Below are positions 50,472-63,407 of a DNA stretch of 64,000 nucleotides, piece after piece. A program made the translations under genes and the position numbers. The stretch spans positions 26,846,001 to 26,910,000 of the forward strand of contig CM119372.1 of assembly GCA_051294905.1 (NCBI GenBank), written 5' to 3'. The stretch comes from Botryllus schlosseri. Its lineage: Eukaryota. The first letter of the stretch is position 1, and each line of letters opens with the position of its first letter. The notes below the pieces were generated by a model. That model worked only from the letters and a program-made list of their open reading frames with translations. It made no database searches and had not been told where the DNA came from.

Positions 50472-52957
50472 CGGGGCCTACGATATTCACGGCCTTATCT
50501 GGTACATTACGCTTGCAAGAGCTAACAGGCCGATGCTCACAAAACAGAAATTCGCGATTATGCGCGATTTCGCTTCACGCTACCAGACGCCTCGCCTCAG
50601 ATAAGCTGTATGTATTCGTACAACAGTTCAAATTAGTACCTTACCGTCAGAAAGTGACAAGAGACGCAGTTATCCACCGATTGCAGAAGTAGGCTAAGTA
50701 GTGAGAAAACACCGACATACTCATGTAAACCATTTTATTGCATGGTAAAATCAAGTCAAGCACGTGAAGAAGAATTGGTACACATGTCATATTAGAAACT
50801 CCTTGCAATAACCAACTTGTATCAAAAACAAACTTGCAGCATACAAGCTACGACCACAAGTACCGGTAATGAGAACGAAATGCATCACCGAAGTATGCCA
50901 GCTGCGTCTTGCTCAACTGTCGTTGTTTTAAAGTCCGTTTTTAAAGCATTTTTCTGACAGAGGCATTAACTAGCTTCTGCTTGTTATTGAAATATATATA
51001 TTCGCAATGATTTTGTCGTCAATTTCAAAGCTTGATCTCGATGATCATAACATGCAAAGTGCAAAGCCTTCAAGCCCCCCACCAAAAAATAAATAAAATA
51101 AAAATAAAAAACGAAACGACGCAAAACTTATTCACTGCGACTTAGGGTGAGGGCAGATGATTTTATCAGAACAGTCTAGGATCAAAAATCTGTATGAAAC
51201 AAACTCGGCAAGTGGTTCTGCGGGAGTAAGCAGTCCCCCACGATCTCGAGTAAGTCGAATTAGCGTCAACTTGCTTTCCAAGTTACCCAGTCAACTACAG
51301 ACACCTTCTCACTGTAAGGAGATAGAAATGATTCGGTAATTTCAATAGCCACTTCTTCAATGACTTTTTTGAAATGGTAAAAATTAGTTGAGCTTGATGT
51401 CATATTTTAGGATGGAACAGAGCAGAATTATCTTTTCAGAATCGGTAACTTCTGTTGAACTAACCAGAAACCTCCCCCCACACATTTGCCTATAGCATGA
51501 GAATCGTCAACCAAGCATTAATCAGGTTCAAGAATGAAGCCATATATCTTCCGTGAGAGGCAAGTAACTTTTGCAAGCTTCAATAGTCGACTCATAGAAT
51601 GGAGCAAGAGCTAAGTTGACATTCTGCTTGGATGTAGTAACGAGGCATATCACTTTTGGCGCTTTCCACAAATTTGAATCATTATCATGACATTCCCTGA
51701 TTTTGTGAAGATTGCTCCATGCAATAAATCCGCTGGGTGATGATACACCTGAACAATAAACGGCGAATGAGAATGGAGGAAAGACAAATTTCCTGGCTCG
51801 AAAAGTTCTTCCAGTAAATCGTGCTCGGATTGTCTCGCTCGGATTTGTCTCATACATTTTTGAGATATTTCGGTAAGTTGAATAATGTGCCACGTCACAT
51901 GCACCTAGTCATCATTGAATTCCATACCGTGGAAAATTACACATTGATTACCCTCTTTTGTACATGGCATAGCTTTCTGTAGTGTGGGACTCGGTCAAAT
52001 CTTATAAACTGCTCATTTTATCAGACAGCTCAAAATCTTTTAACTGATCATTCTGAAATATCCTTCTCTTCGGTGGTTTTCTGCAAGGGGTCATAGTCGG
52101 AATCAATGAAGGCCGTTGCAGGTCATGATCCGATCGGATGGTATGAACTGGTTTTCTATCCAAGAGCAGTTATTTTTTCGAAAGCCACAGTCTTTAATGT
52201 ACTTTGCTTCGAAGTGCAACGCACAAATCACATAATTCTTCGTTGGCTTCCAATCACGTCCATTCACGAAAGATATCCATTTTTTGTAACTCCAAATCCT
52301 CAAATGGAAATTGAAACGTTTTGTTTAGTTATCAAATATCCAGCCATGCAACCATAAGCACAGCATTTATTGACCATTATCAATTATTTTACCTTACCCT
52401 AAACCTGAGTCATCAAGTATATACAACCAGTCAAAATTAACTGGAAGAAAGGCCACATGAAGCTGACCACCAATTCTTCACCATATACATAATACGCACC
52501 ATAAAGAATTATTAAACCACTGCATAGCGGTATCCTACGTCACGCTGTAAGCCGGTCAAAACAACAGCTAAACGTTTTCCACTATATACGGAATATCGTC
52601 CCTGGAGCATTTATCTAGCTCAAAGCTCAAAAACATCAACTCAAACTTGAGGGGTCAGCTACAGAGTATTTAAATCGCATTACTGTAGCCTGTCTAATAG
52701 TATAAGACGGTAAATTGACATCTTAAAACATAGCTATCAACCTTCAACTCGAAAACTCGCTTTAAAATGCGAAGAGTCCGGTATGAGAAGCGAAATCGAG
52801 ACAATCGCCGATTGTCACGTTGAGAGTAATCGTCCTATCAAAACTTTCGCCCATTATTACGTCAAGAGTAATCGCGAATTTCTGTTTCGTGAGCATCGGC
52901 CTGTTAGCTCTTGCAAGTGAAATGTACCGGACAAGGCCGTAAATATCGTAGGCCCCG
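50472..52957 (-). mobile_element. P-element-superfamily (THAP) transposon with intact ends and decayed transposase (2486 bp)
   Basis: ~90-bp TIR cggggcctacgatatt.acggcctt.tc.ggtacatt...; 7-bp TSD ttccccc (50465-50471, 52958-52964). THAP domain MVNKCCAYGC / FQFPFED / KWISFVNGRDWKPTKNYVICALHF at 52376-52140. Transposase segments WKAPK...KQNVNLALAPFYESTI and GGRFLVSSTEVTDSEKII. Frameshifted. Confidence 0.9.
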
Positions 52958-53269
52958 TTCCCCCCTAAAAATTTCAAAATTCCCTCGGTTTGGAATTACT
53001 GTTCTGATGTGACTAAGTTTGCTTAATTACTCTTTACTTAATCAATACGAAAAAGACGAAAATGCGTGAAATAGAGAAATTTTCAATACTAAAAAAACGT
53101 GATACTGCAAATTTGAGTTCACATTGAGAATCAGGGGCGGAAAACATCAGTTGACAGAATCAAAACAAGACAAAAACCGTGAGATGCCAATAAAACTCAA
53201 ATTTTTGTCGCGGTGTAAAACGTTTAAGAATCACTGTTTAAGGTTATTGAACTGCTATGAACTTTCAAG

Positions 53270-55330
53270 TTAGCTTGAGCTAACGAGTCGAGCACGCGGT
53301 ATCGTGACTTTCTTTTCTCTTCACATTTACTTGTGAGACAGAAAATAGGAAATTGAAAAGGAAACCGAACACAAATTGAAGCAGCGTATTACACTGTTCC
53401 GCGTTTGAAAATTAATTTTTAAAGGTCAAAGATGTTTTAACCGTTTTTGGATCAATTTTTTGCGCTGTACTCAAAAATGCAACCAATTTTACTCAATCAG
53501 GTAACGTTTTTTCTCCACGGCATATTCAAATATGCTAGCTTTTGGTCATTATTCTACACAAAGAAACTAATTTCTGTGGCAGGCTAATTGGTCATGCATG
53601 TTGACAATTTTTGCAAGATGGTATTTTTATTTGAATTCAAGGTTTTACAATGACAGCCGTTTTAAATACTACTAAAATATAATAACAATGTTGAAATAAA
53701 CGCACTTAAAACTAACCAAGAAATCAGAATTTAGTTCAATGGCGCTCAAATTAACAGAAGAAGGCAGAAGTTAATATGTTACATTATAGATAAGTAAACA
53801 CTTAACATCACAAATGCGTTTTAAATGCGAAATCCTTGCCAACATCAATGTGGAAAGTGTGAAATGAAAACGCAGTGTTCAAAATAGCTTAACTAAGAAA
53901 GCGTTGTGCGGAACCAGATGATATAAGAAACTGACACTGATATTCCGACGATAAATACAATATCAATATAAGACACAAATAATTTACGCTGACAATAAAT
54001 GTCGCTACAAAGATTATCTTCCATGTTTGGAGTTATGTGCGGATCTCTCTTTAAGCACCAACGGTTATCTGCAAACATGTTTACGTTCCTGTCCTTGATA
54101 CCCGTCTTCCATCTGGCGAAGGTCTTGGTGGAATCTCTCTCCTTGTTGTTCGCTGTAATCACCACAGTTGAATGGAAAGTAATCCTAACGAGAACTCAGA
54201 ACGTGCATTTTCACAGACATCATCAGGGTTCCAAGGGATTGAAAGCTTTCAAGCACCTCTTTGACCTGTGCTTCGTAATCACGGCTTCTATGCTTTCATG
54301 GGAATTTTAAATAACTACTCGAAAAGCTGCTCATGGTCATTTTCTACTGCACCCATGTGTGCAGTGAAACCTTCGCCTTTGATCAGTTCACAGATCTGTG
54401 GCCTATGCCCAAAGCTGATATAAATCCTTAAACGTCTTTACAGTATACTATAGGGCAGTGGTTCTCAAACGTTTTTAGACACGTTCCCATTTTTATGGTG
54501 GAAAATTTCGCGATCCGTTCTCGTGATATTACAAAATATTACAGAGAGAAATCAGATTGCTAGCAATCCCAACGGATAGTTTGATGGCGTTGAAGGTTAT
54601 CGCTATTGATGAGAGAATTCTAAATTATGAAATTCGGACAATATACAATAGACACTAGAAATACCATGAGCTGTGGATAAATCGCGCTAAGCGCGAGAAA
54701 AATTTAGGTAACAGCGGCTTCTCGCCCCCTTAACATGCTTTCGCACCCCCCACTTTGAGAACCACTGCTATAGGGAATGGTGTTCGTCATAATTGAAATA
54801 TTTTCTAAACTTTTCATCAAAACATCATTGCTACATCCTTTTCATGACGTCATACATCTTAATCGCATAACGCTGAAAGCTGCAGTTTTTGTGAATTCAA
54901 ATGCAATTGGCCAAAACTCTGGACCTGATTGAAGAAAACGGATAACAGTTTTGGATTCAGCATCAAAAAGTACACTAAGGACCGTCAATACTTCAGTAAC
55001 CTTAAAATTAATGCCGCACAGTGTTATAAGTCTAATAGCCCATTCTCCTTGATAGTTTTGGAGCTTATTTGCCATGCCATCATGCAAATGCATTAAAACA
55101 TACATGTGGGATCTGCAACCCTTCGACGAACTGACGTCTCCGAGAGTCCGAGACCTTTGTGTCATTGCTTCCAGCAAACATTTTTCACTTGCGAAACATA
55201 CGCTGTATTTTGGATAGGAGTGCTGGATGGTTATTTTCTAAAGACCTGGCCGTCCAAGCACTAGAAGAGGTTCACAAATAATGCCAACGCTTATTTGGCT
55301 GAAAGAGGTTTTGGTGTACCATATTTGAAA
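53270..55330. mobile_element. Mosaic of Chapaev3-like transposon fragments
   Basis: Minus strand 54040-54447: VYCKDV..ISALGI / PQICELIK / LGTLMMSVKMHVL...DYFPFNCGDYSEQQGERFHQDLRQME..YQG / NVNMFADNRWCLKRD. Plus-strand N-terminal remnant at 55000-55300 is homologous to 42420-42640. Confidence 0.8.
54456..54767. mobile_element. hAT-type MITE (312 bp) inserted in the Chapaev-like transposase
   Basis: TIR cagtggttctcaaa / tttgagaaccactg. Perfect TSD ctataggg. Confidence 0.93.
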
Positions 55331-55540
55331 TCAAAACTAGGAAAAGAGCTGACCCGTAGCCTACTTGTTGTACGTAAGAATAAAACGTTGCTACGTATCT
55401 TCATTTTCTTTGTGTAAAACAATTTTTGGTTGAATTGTGCGGATGAATTTTTTTTTTCAATAATGTGCGGATGGTGCTCAAAAAGGCTGAAAAGCACTGA
55501 ACTATGTTATTACTGCTCCAAATAAGTCTGTTGTCGTTCT

Positions 55541-55819
55541 TGTTTATGGTATTCATGGTGTTTGTCGACTACAATGGTCATTTACAGGCAGCAGGCCGAT
55601 ATTCTTTATTTTTAATTCCGTAACCGCCGACTTGTAGCACGGCACACGTCTAGGCTTTTGTAAGACATCGCTTCCTTACGCGGATGAGATGGCAAGGAGA
55701 CGCCTGGATAAAACTCCAACACTTTGGTAGGAATTCTGGAGTCCACCTCGGTCGGACTGGAACTCCCATCCCATTGATGTTGTAGCTGATTGGATTATAC
55801 CAACGCGCTATCTCGCCAC
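55541..55819 (-). mobile_element. tRNA-derived SINE family 1, full length
   Basis: Reverse complement begins gtggcgagatagcgcgttggtataatcc; body and tail match the other copies. Confidence 0.85.
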
Positions 55820-55950
55820 TCTTGAATAAGTTCGTCTTTTAAGGGGTGGTTTGAAGCCCCGGCGTAGAGTAGACGTTCTAATTCAATCTGCAATAACAAG
55901 TTTGTTGTGGGGGTGATTGTGACGTAACTAAGGATACTTGCTTTTCACAG

Positions 55951-56100
55951 GATTCTACGCTAGTATTCAAATCGTGTGCCAACCTTCCTCAAGCGGTATA
56001 TTTGGAAATTCTTTTCGAAGCAAATGGTATTCAATTTCCTGAATATCTATATGCCACGCACGGGAATTTGTCGGAGTTATCGAAGACCAAATTGGGAAAG
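55951..56100 (+). CDS. Candidate phase-0 exon (50 codons), possibly LRR region of the NLR gene
   Basis: Strong acceptor tgcttttcacag|, donor ggaaag|gtcagt, exactly 150 bp, open frame DSTLVFKSCANLPQAVYLEILFEANGIQFPEYLYATHGNLSELSKTKLGK. Phase matches the donor at 39222. Confidence 0.5.
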
Positions 56101-56173
56101 GTCAGTGACTGATATATTTCGCTTAATATTTATAGCTTCTGGTGTGGATTAACCATTGATCAGATTCAGTGTC

Positions 56174-56585
56174 AGTATCGAATGTAAACATGGAATGGCA
56201 ACGGCAACGACGGTTTATTATGGATTGTTTCGCGGCGGCGACTGTAGGATCTCTGACAATCCATTAAGTAGCCGTCCAGGAAGCGGAAATTACTGAAACC
56301 TGTCTTAGTCGAAAGCTATCGTCGCAGTGATTCTGAAAATATAAATTAAAATATCATCAGGACGCTGGAACCACCCGAATTCACCCCCAAAGCCTGAACT
56401 ATCGCGATTTTCCAAACAATCGGAGAGCTGCAATTGTTCTTTGTTATGGTCATTGTTTTAGTGGTCATCCCATTGTTCTGAACAATGCAGATTTCAAACC
56501 CTACAGTCGCTGCCGCAATTGCAGCTTCAATTGAACGAAGCAAAAAAAAATCGGTCGTTGCCATTCCATGTTTACATTCAATACT
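56174..56585. mobile_element. MITE with ~30-60-bp TIRs, superfamily undetermined
   Basis: agtatcgaatgtaaacatggaatggcaacg / cgttgccattccatgtttacattcaatact; inner gcggc.gcgactgtagg is also inverted. Confidence 0.75.
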
Positions 56586-56979
56586 TTCAGGCTGACGGAA
56601 TATTTGCCTGAAATTGAGGGTGTGTTTGAAAATTTATTTCCATTTAGACCTGGCTTAAGGTCAGTCAATGAATTGCCTAAGTTGCCAGGCTCTGACGGTC
56701 TCAAATCCGTTTAAAATCTGAATTTGCCGGCGGGCTCGGCCGAGTTCGCCTGTAAGTGCGCTTAATCCGTAAATTGCGACGATTGACCATCTACTCCGTC
56801 GCTGTAGCGAGGTCAAAGCGGTAAGGGGTCAGATTGAGTTGGTGAAATTTGCTGACGATGACCAGAACGGAACGCCAAGGAAGTTTCTGGTAGATGCTCA
56901 GCACCCTTTCGCAGAGTATTCAACGAAAGAGTGCAACTGCGATTCTGATTATTAAAGACACCACTGCCTAGAGATGTGG

Positions 56980-57520
56980 CATGTTAAATGATGAAGATTA
57001 TGCTCTTGATGGATGTAGGCTCTTGAAGATACTTAATCCACACTGAGGACTTACTTACTCTCTTACTTACTACTAATTTCTTCAAGAACATTGACCAAAA
57101 TAAAATCACTATTGTATTCATATTGTGTCCTAATTTAGCATAGAGCAGTGCTTTCGAAGTTGAGAAGAAGATCTTGCGCATTGGGTATACCTTTCAAGGA
57201 CCTCATGATATCGTTGTGACAATCGCTATGCCGGCGCAGTGTACTATCTAGCAATTCAGACAAGACAAATGAAGCATTATTTGATGAATTACTTGAAGCA
57301 GAAGCATTTGAACACACTCATGTGGTATCGACTCCCAGCGAAAAATCTACACGACAAAGCACGATCTTGAGATATTTTTCTAACGAGCGTCCTTGGATAT
57401 TCTTGTATGCATTGCATTTCATTACATTCCAAAACATACTACTGCTTTGTGACATTTAAAAATGAGGTCAAATGTGCAATGCGGCCGTAAGTAGGCTAAG
57501 TTTAATTTTATAAATTTGCA
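56980..57520 (-). mobile_element. Possible 3' remnant of an L1/Tx1-like non-LTR retrotransposon
   Basis: Fragments SCRFFAGSRYHMSVFKC (CCHC-like) and NTIVILFWSMFLKKLVVSKR resemble ORF2 C-termini. Heavily decayed. Confidence 0.3.
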
Positions 57521-58658
57521 GCACAGTATAGAATGAGATGTACAAATACATGTTTTGACTCTTGATTCGGCGAGGCAGTGGTTCCCAACCTTTTTGTCTT
57601 CATTGCCCACTTCAGATTTATTCCGAGTCTTCATTCCCCACTACCCTAAACTATCGTCGTATTTCCTTTTGACTTTTGTCATTACGGAGCAGCTATTTGC
57701 TTGTTTCAGTACCCAAGACACACAACCACAACAGTAGGCAAGACAATCGCCTATGACTGTAACATAAAACGTATTGTGAGTCGATACCGCGTGAGCGGTA
57801 ACCCTAAAAACTTAGCGAAAGTGTTCTTTCACGTCACGTTTGTGACCCCATCATTGGTTATCCACAGTTAAAAATGAGTCGCAACAACGCGCAATATAAT
57901 TTTCGATACATATCCCAGATCAGTTAACTGGTTACGGTAATCGCGCATGTGTCTCCGGTTGGGAACAACTGCTGGGCGATTGTAAAATTCATGTTGTCCT
58001 GCACAGCACCGTAACTGCCGCACCCCAAACCCCCAATTGGGGGGGCCCGAGCTCGAAGGGGGCCCAAAATTATTTCGTGAATTAGCATAAATTATAGAGT
58101 ATTTTTTGAAAATTTACGCAGCTTTTTCAAAAAAATTTTGCGCTCCGCGCGATTTCAAGTTTCCAAATATCTTCATTATTGGGTACTCTTCATCCAAGAA
58201 CATATATACGCAAGATTTATAGAAATAGGCATATCGGCGTCGGCCATTACCGCGCCACGACGCACCAAGATATAAAGTTTTAGGCCATGTAACATGCGAC
58301 TCCAAGAGGTGTGCCAGAACGATCGGCATCGAGAAAACCTTGGCCGAAAAGGACTGCACTTATGCTGATACATATAGGTTTAATTGTCCATAGGCGCCTA
58401 AATGACTGGCGACGAATGTTCCTGTCTTTGCAATCTGAACCTCACAAGACAAATATTACCCCGCACGGAAAAATTATATGCCGGTGAAGAAATACCAATT
58501 TTGAATCGTGTGCGTCTTTTAGTTTAGTACGTTAATGCGATTCTACATTTTTTGATATTGCTGAGGTTACGAAATAACATCATGTAACTGACTCATACCA
58601 ACGGGTCCGCCCGTCGGAAGATGTTTAATTATTATTTACGGGCCCTACAGTTTCCAAG

Positions 58659-59305
58659 ACACCTCAGTCAGCTCTACCGGTAAATCTGATTACGCGAGCA
58701 GAGAGGACAAGAAATTGATTGCAATATATATGCAATTCCAGATCTTATTGACCGATTTTATTATGAATCATCGAAAATTTTGGCGCTTCGCGCGTGCTCA
58801 TTAAAGAGTGCAACTGATGTCGCTGTAAAATCGAACAACGTGATGAGAGGGGGAGTCGGTTTATCCCCCTATGGGAGCCCACGACCCAAGTACTTTTTTG
58901 GGGCCTGACGAAGTGCTGTTTCGTTCCTGCCAACAGGTATACGCCCGGAGATGTTTAGTTATTATTATTGAGTGGTCCTACTTTTTGAAACACACCTCAC
59001 TCCGCTCTACCAGTAAATCTGATTACGTGAGCAGAGAGAGGATAAAAGTTGGTAGCAATATATATGAAATTCTCGATGATATTGACCGATTCAATCATGA
59101 ATTATACATTTTTTTCGCGCTCCGTGCGGTCAGACGAGAAATCGTAGTCACTAAACGGACACCCTATATAGATGGTTAGCAGCGGTAAACTGCATACCGG
59201 CTGCGCCCCCCAGAAGTTCGGTTTATCACTCTATGGGGGGCCCAAGACCAACGTTTTTTTTTGGGGGGGGGAGGCTGACGAAGTGCTGTTACGGCTCTGG
59301 TCCTG
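58659..59305. repeat. Two diverged tandem units (~333-bp period); related fragment near 4600-4700
   Basis: acacctca...gctctacc.gtaaatctgattacg.gagcagagag...gcctgacgaagtgctgtt at 58659 and 58992. Confidence 0.8.
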
Positions 59306-59316
59306 CATCTTCTAAA

Positions 59317-60010
59317 CATGGGTGGGCAGACCTGCTTTATGCGCGAGCCGCATATCAGAAATCATACTTTGAAAAGAGCCACGACACAAAAGTTCAAAAA
59401 TACAAATTTATGACGTCACAATGACCTGTAAGCTATCGAATGAAGTTTATTATTTTGTAGTGATAAGATGCGTCTCCAACTGGATCGTGGGCTGCAAGGT
59501 GTTTGAAATCAGGCCAATATGACGTCTAAGCAGTGCGGAACAGTTCCTTCAAGTGCTGATGAGAATTTAAGGAATCTTTCAGCTCGGTAAATCTCGACGA
59601 CATTTACTTGGCCAAACTCTGCCGTTATTGCTAGCCTATACAGTACAAATGGAAGAGTTGTATGAACCATTGCTACCCCGGAAAGGATTGTGATCTCCGC
59701 TGGCGCATTAATTATCAAGTTCATTGTTGAACACAATGATTTGTCATTGATTGATGACCAGGCTCGATTCGAGAGTTCAATTGCCAATTTATAGCCATGT
59801 ATAGTTCCATTTCCCCCTAAATTTTTCGAGTCTTGCGTGAACCCTAACGAAAGAAACAACACGAAGACAATATGCATAACGTTACGCGATAAAAAGCATC
59901 AATTTATAATCTGGTTAAACCTTTCTAGCATAATGGCGAAACGCATGTACTGTGCAATAATTAAAGAGCCGCAATCAAAGGCTGAAAGAGCCGCAGTTTG
60001 CCAACCCCTG
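59317..60010. mobile_element. hAT-type MITE (694 bp) enclosing an exon-like ORF
   Basis: Ends catgggtgggcagacc...gagccgc / gagccgcagtttgccaacccctg. Flanks share ttctaaa (59310-59316, 60011-60017). Confidence 0.7.
59509..59843 (-). other. Exon-like open frame with weak fibronectin type III resemblance
   Basis: Polypyrimidine tract and ttag| acceptor, then FTQDSKNLGGNGTIHGYKL...LPFVLYRLAITAEFG, similar to FN3 motifs NGxIxGYxL and LxPxTxYxxxVxA. Confidence 0.35.
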
Positions 60011-60949
60011 TTCTAAAATGATTAACTTTGAGACCTTGCTCAACTAGTTTTATTCTCTTCTCCATTATCACAGATGTCCGAGTATTGTTTAGCTTTGCTC
60101 TTCTCAAATTTAGTGTAAAAGTACATAAATCTTCGCTGCATCATTGCTAACTTTGGGCCTGGAATTGAGTGAGCTGTTCGTAGAGATATAAATGATGAAT
60201 TTCGAATGATTTTTTAATGTTTATACTGCTACAATACATAGCCTACAAGACTCCATAATTTATTGCAGTAGGCTTACATATCGTCAGACAACAATACAAA
60301 TTCCCATTTCAATAATGAGATAACGAATGGACAATTGGTGAACTAGGAATGAATGCAAATTTTCCTTGATATGATTGGAAATGTTGCCCACAAAACAACT
60401 AGCAAATGCAGCTCCCAACTGCTACTTCATGTGTTGGCGGATCAGGTGCGTCAGCATCTACCACAATATAACTCATCAAGCATGGTATAAATGTGAATGG
60501 AAATGGCATACTTACAGCCTAGTGTTGGTATCACCGTGTGGGGGACTAGACAAAGCTCCATCAAAGGGCTTCCAGAAAAACCATAAGATATATTGTATTG
60601 GATATTGGTATGCGCATGCCCATTCACACATATATGCAATATACATATAGATACATACCCAGAGTTGCCATCGACATGGACCCAAAAATATGGACAGTCG
60701 AAACAATTAGATTAGCATGAAAAGTGTTTTTGTACATACTTCGTATTTATACGAGCCGTGGCATATCACATTCCATACTTTTCGCCAGAAACAATCTGCT
60801 CCAGCAACTCCTTGTTATTAGAAAGTGCTTTATGGATCTCACGACAGCTCAGGTCTAGGTTTACCTTTACTCAGGACCGAAACAGCACTTGGTAGGCCCC
60901 CCTACCCGAAAAAAAGAAAACATTGGTCTTGCACCGCCCCCCTTATAGG

Positions 60950-61352
60950 GTGATAAACCAAACTTGGTCCAGGCCGAAGATAACTTATTTGCGATGTTGG
61001 AATTGGGGAATATTGCTTTGAACAATTACGATGTGCGGTAGTTGGCGAGGAATGATTGCTGGTGTTTGACAGTATGGAATGCCCAGGTACCATCTGCAGC
61101 AGCTGCCTTGTAGTCTGTGGTCGTTGGTGCTGATCGACTTGTGGAAATATTATTCATCGACTGGCTCAAATTAATCATTTTGACACACTTCTTGTGTTTT
61201 GGGGTACCAATGTGAGTTGAAATATCGGTCTTTCCTAAAGCATCCGGGTTAATGTCACAATTGCAGATATTGCAATGTGCGGAGTGCCCCCCCCTCCCGC
61301 TTTTGAATTCTCTCTCATAATCGTCACGAAAAACGCTTTTACGCCTGGTCAT
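60950..61352 (-). mobile_element. N-terminal fragment of a hAT transposase with BED-type zinc finger
   Basis: AHCNICNCDI...GKTDISTHIGTPKHKK...AAADGTWAFHTVKHQQSF, continuing after a stop as LFKAIFPNSNIANKLSSAWTK. Candidate termini: cagagttgcca at 60660 and gtatggcaaccctg ending 62878 (aaataaggac subterminal repeats); TSD not convincing. Confidence 0.8.
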
Positions 61353-61419
61353 TTTAACTAATCAGATTTACCCTTATTAGTAGCTAAAACTATACGCGCA
61401 AGTGCAATATAATTTAGAT

Positions 61420-62423
61420 CAGGGGTCGGCAAACCCCGGCACGCTTGCCATTTGTGGCACGCGAGATGATTTTTCATGGCACGCCAAATTGGGAGCATGT
61501 TTTTGCAAAAAGTGAAACAGAAGTTTCCAAAATGTACAAATATCGTAGGCGATTCAAAATTATTTCGTAAATCAACATAAAATAGAGTCTTCTAAGGCAG
61601 GTTTTATTTCTCTTGAAATTTTTTACCGCGCTTCGCGCGATTTCTTGAAACGTGAACGCTCTCTCATTCGAAATTTCATGTTGGTGACGTCATATTTTGT
61701 GATACGATTGTTGATATGCAATGTTCTTTCCAACTCTCTACTTATTGCTGACGATTATCCCTGACTTGTTTCAGCCGAGAATATTCCGGTTCATTTCAAT
61801 ATTAATATGCTATTAAATTGTATATTGAAGTTCTGTATACCTCCAAAAAGCTCTTCAAATGCGAATTTGGAATCGTGTTCGCCTCTCGAAAGGAGATATT
61901 CTATTAGTTTCATCTGATGTGCAAGCGATTCCAATATATCTGGAGCAATCTATACCGCTTTACCGCGACATTTCAAGACAAATTTAGTGTCAGACCAACC
62001 TTAATGTGACACCAAACCGACTTGAATGATACAGGGGGGCACATTTTTCATCATGCTCAGACCATATAATCGTAACAACACTGATTGGCCTGTCACTTAT
62101 TGGATATGGTACCAAATACAGTAGACTTGGATACGACCAAATCAACCACGGAAGATCGATCATTGCGTGACTTAAAATAAATTATGTAAATATTACGTAC
62201 ATGTAAGCGATAGGTCAGATGCGGTAGCGACCAAAAGTTATTCCCGTCTCGACCAATAATTCAAGAATCACTGGCGTAACGGATGCCGTTGACAAACTGT
62301 TGGTGGTAATCCTTGCTTGCGACGTTAAATAATAATAAATTTAATGTTTGGCACGCAAGCTGGTAAAAAATTGACATTTTTTGACATTCCGGCACGCCGC
62401 ACACAAAAGGTGGCCGGCTCCTG
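61420..62423. mobile_element. hAT-type MITE (1004 bp)
   Basis: Ends caggggtcggcaaac...ggcacgc / ggcacgcc...aggtggccggctcctg. Perfect TSD atttagat (61412-61419, 62424-62431). Confidence 0.9.
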
Positions 62424-63407
62424 ATTTAGATAAATTTATCAATGATTTATATTTCACTACTGTTTAACCAATTTGTAGACTGCACTGCGCCTTTTTTACT
62501 ACACAATAAATGCTGCCTTCCCCACAGCTTGAGCTTATTCTGCTGTGGACCAAATAGCAGGAACCTGGTACTGCTGTTTACTGCTAAAATGACGTCCGCT
62601 GTGGTAGTTTGGTCCAGACGAGACTGCTATATTACCACTCACTGCCCCAGCTATCTCATTACTTGGAAGTCAAATCTTGTAGTGTCTACGTCACGAGAGT
62701 TCCTTTCATTTATGATGTCATAAAATCTCGACGCAAAAGCATAATTTGAGAACAATATGCAACACATATACCAAAGGAAGACGATCGAAGTTCTGTAGTG
62801 GTTGAAAATAAGACAAAATAAGGACGCAAGGCGAAAATAAGGACAAATCTTAGAAATAAGGACGGTATGGCAACCCTGGATATAAGGAATGTTTTCCAAC
62901 CGTTTGCCACAGAGCAGACGTTAATGAACTACCGAAGAGGTATCAAGTGATTTTGTTCCGACTGCAAACCAGACATTGCGGATTACAAGTGCACCTATTC
63001 AAATTGGAAATAACAGATTGGGGAAAATTGCTCAACGGGCCGTCAAGAAGAGAGTGTCAGCCATTATTTATTGACATGTCGCAATTATATACACCAGAGA
63101 AGAGTCCTCATGAGCACGTGTCGATAGAAGAATATCGTTCCCATCGTAATGAACTTGTTGGTTGACGCGCTGATTTTTCCAAACGTTATGGAATTTGTTC
63201 TCGCTACGAAGCCATACATTTGACATTAAATTTTGTAATGTAATGTAATGCACATCCCTAGAAGATAAAAAGATTTTTTTGATATGGCGAAAAAAACCAC
63301 TTGCGTTATAATCGCCAATCAATAAAAAAAAATCAACAACTGCCTTGTCGTACCACAAACGACATCGTTACATATCCGGCGTTGGATACAGCGTATATTA
63401 CTCAATA

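Noticed and set aside
56501-56830. Cytochrome P450-like N-terminal fragment on the minus strand
   Set aside because: Only a few residues (LNGFETVR) resemble the motif; no supporting structure or further exons.
59844-59877. Signal peptide at the start of ORF 59509-59877
   Set aside because: The hydrophobic N-terminus is the translation of a T-rich polypyrimidine tract ending in AG, more likely intron.
63068-63358. 96-aa ORF as viral or helicase fragment
   Set aside because: No motif could be recognised; left unassigned.
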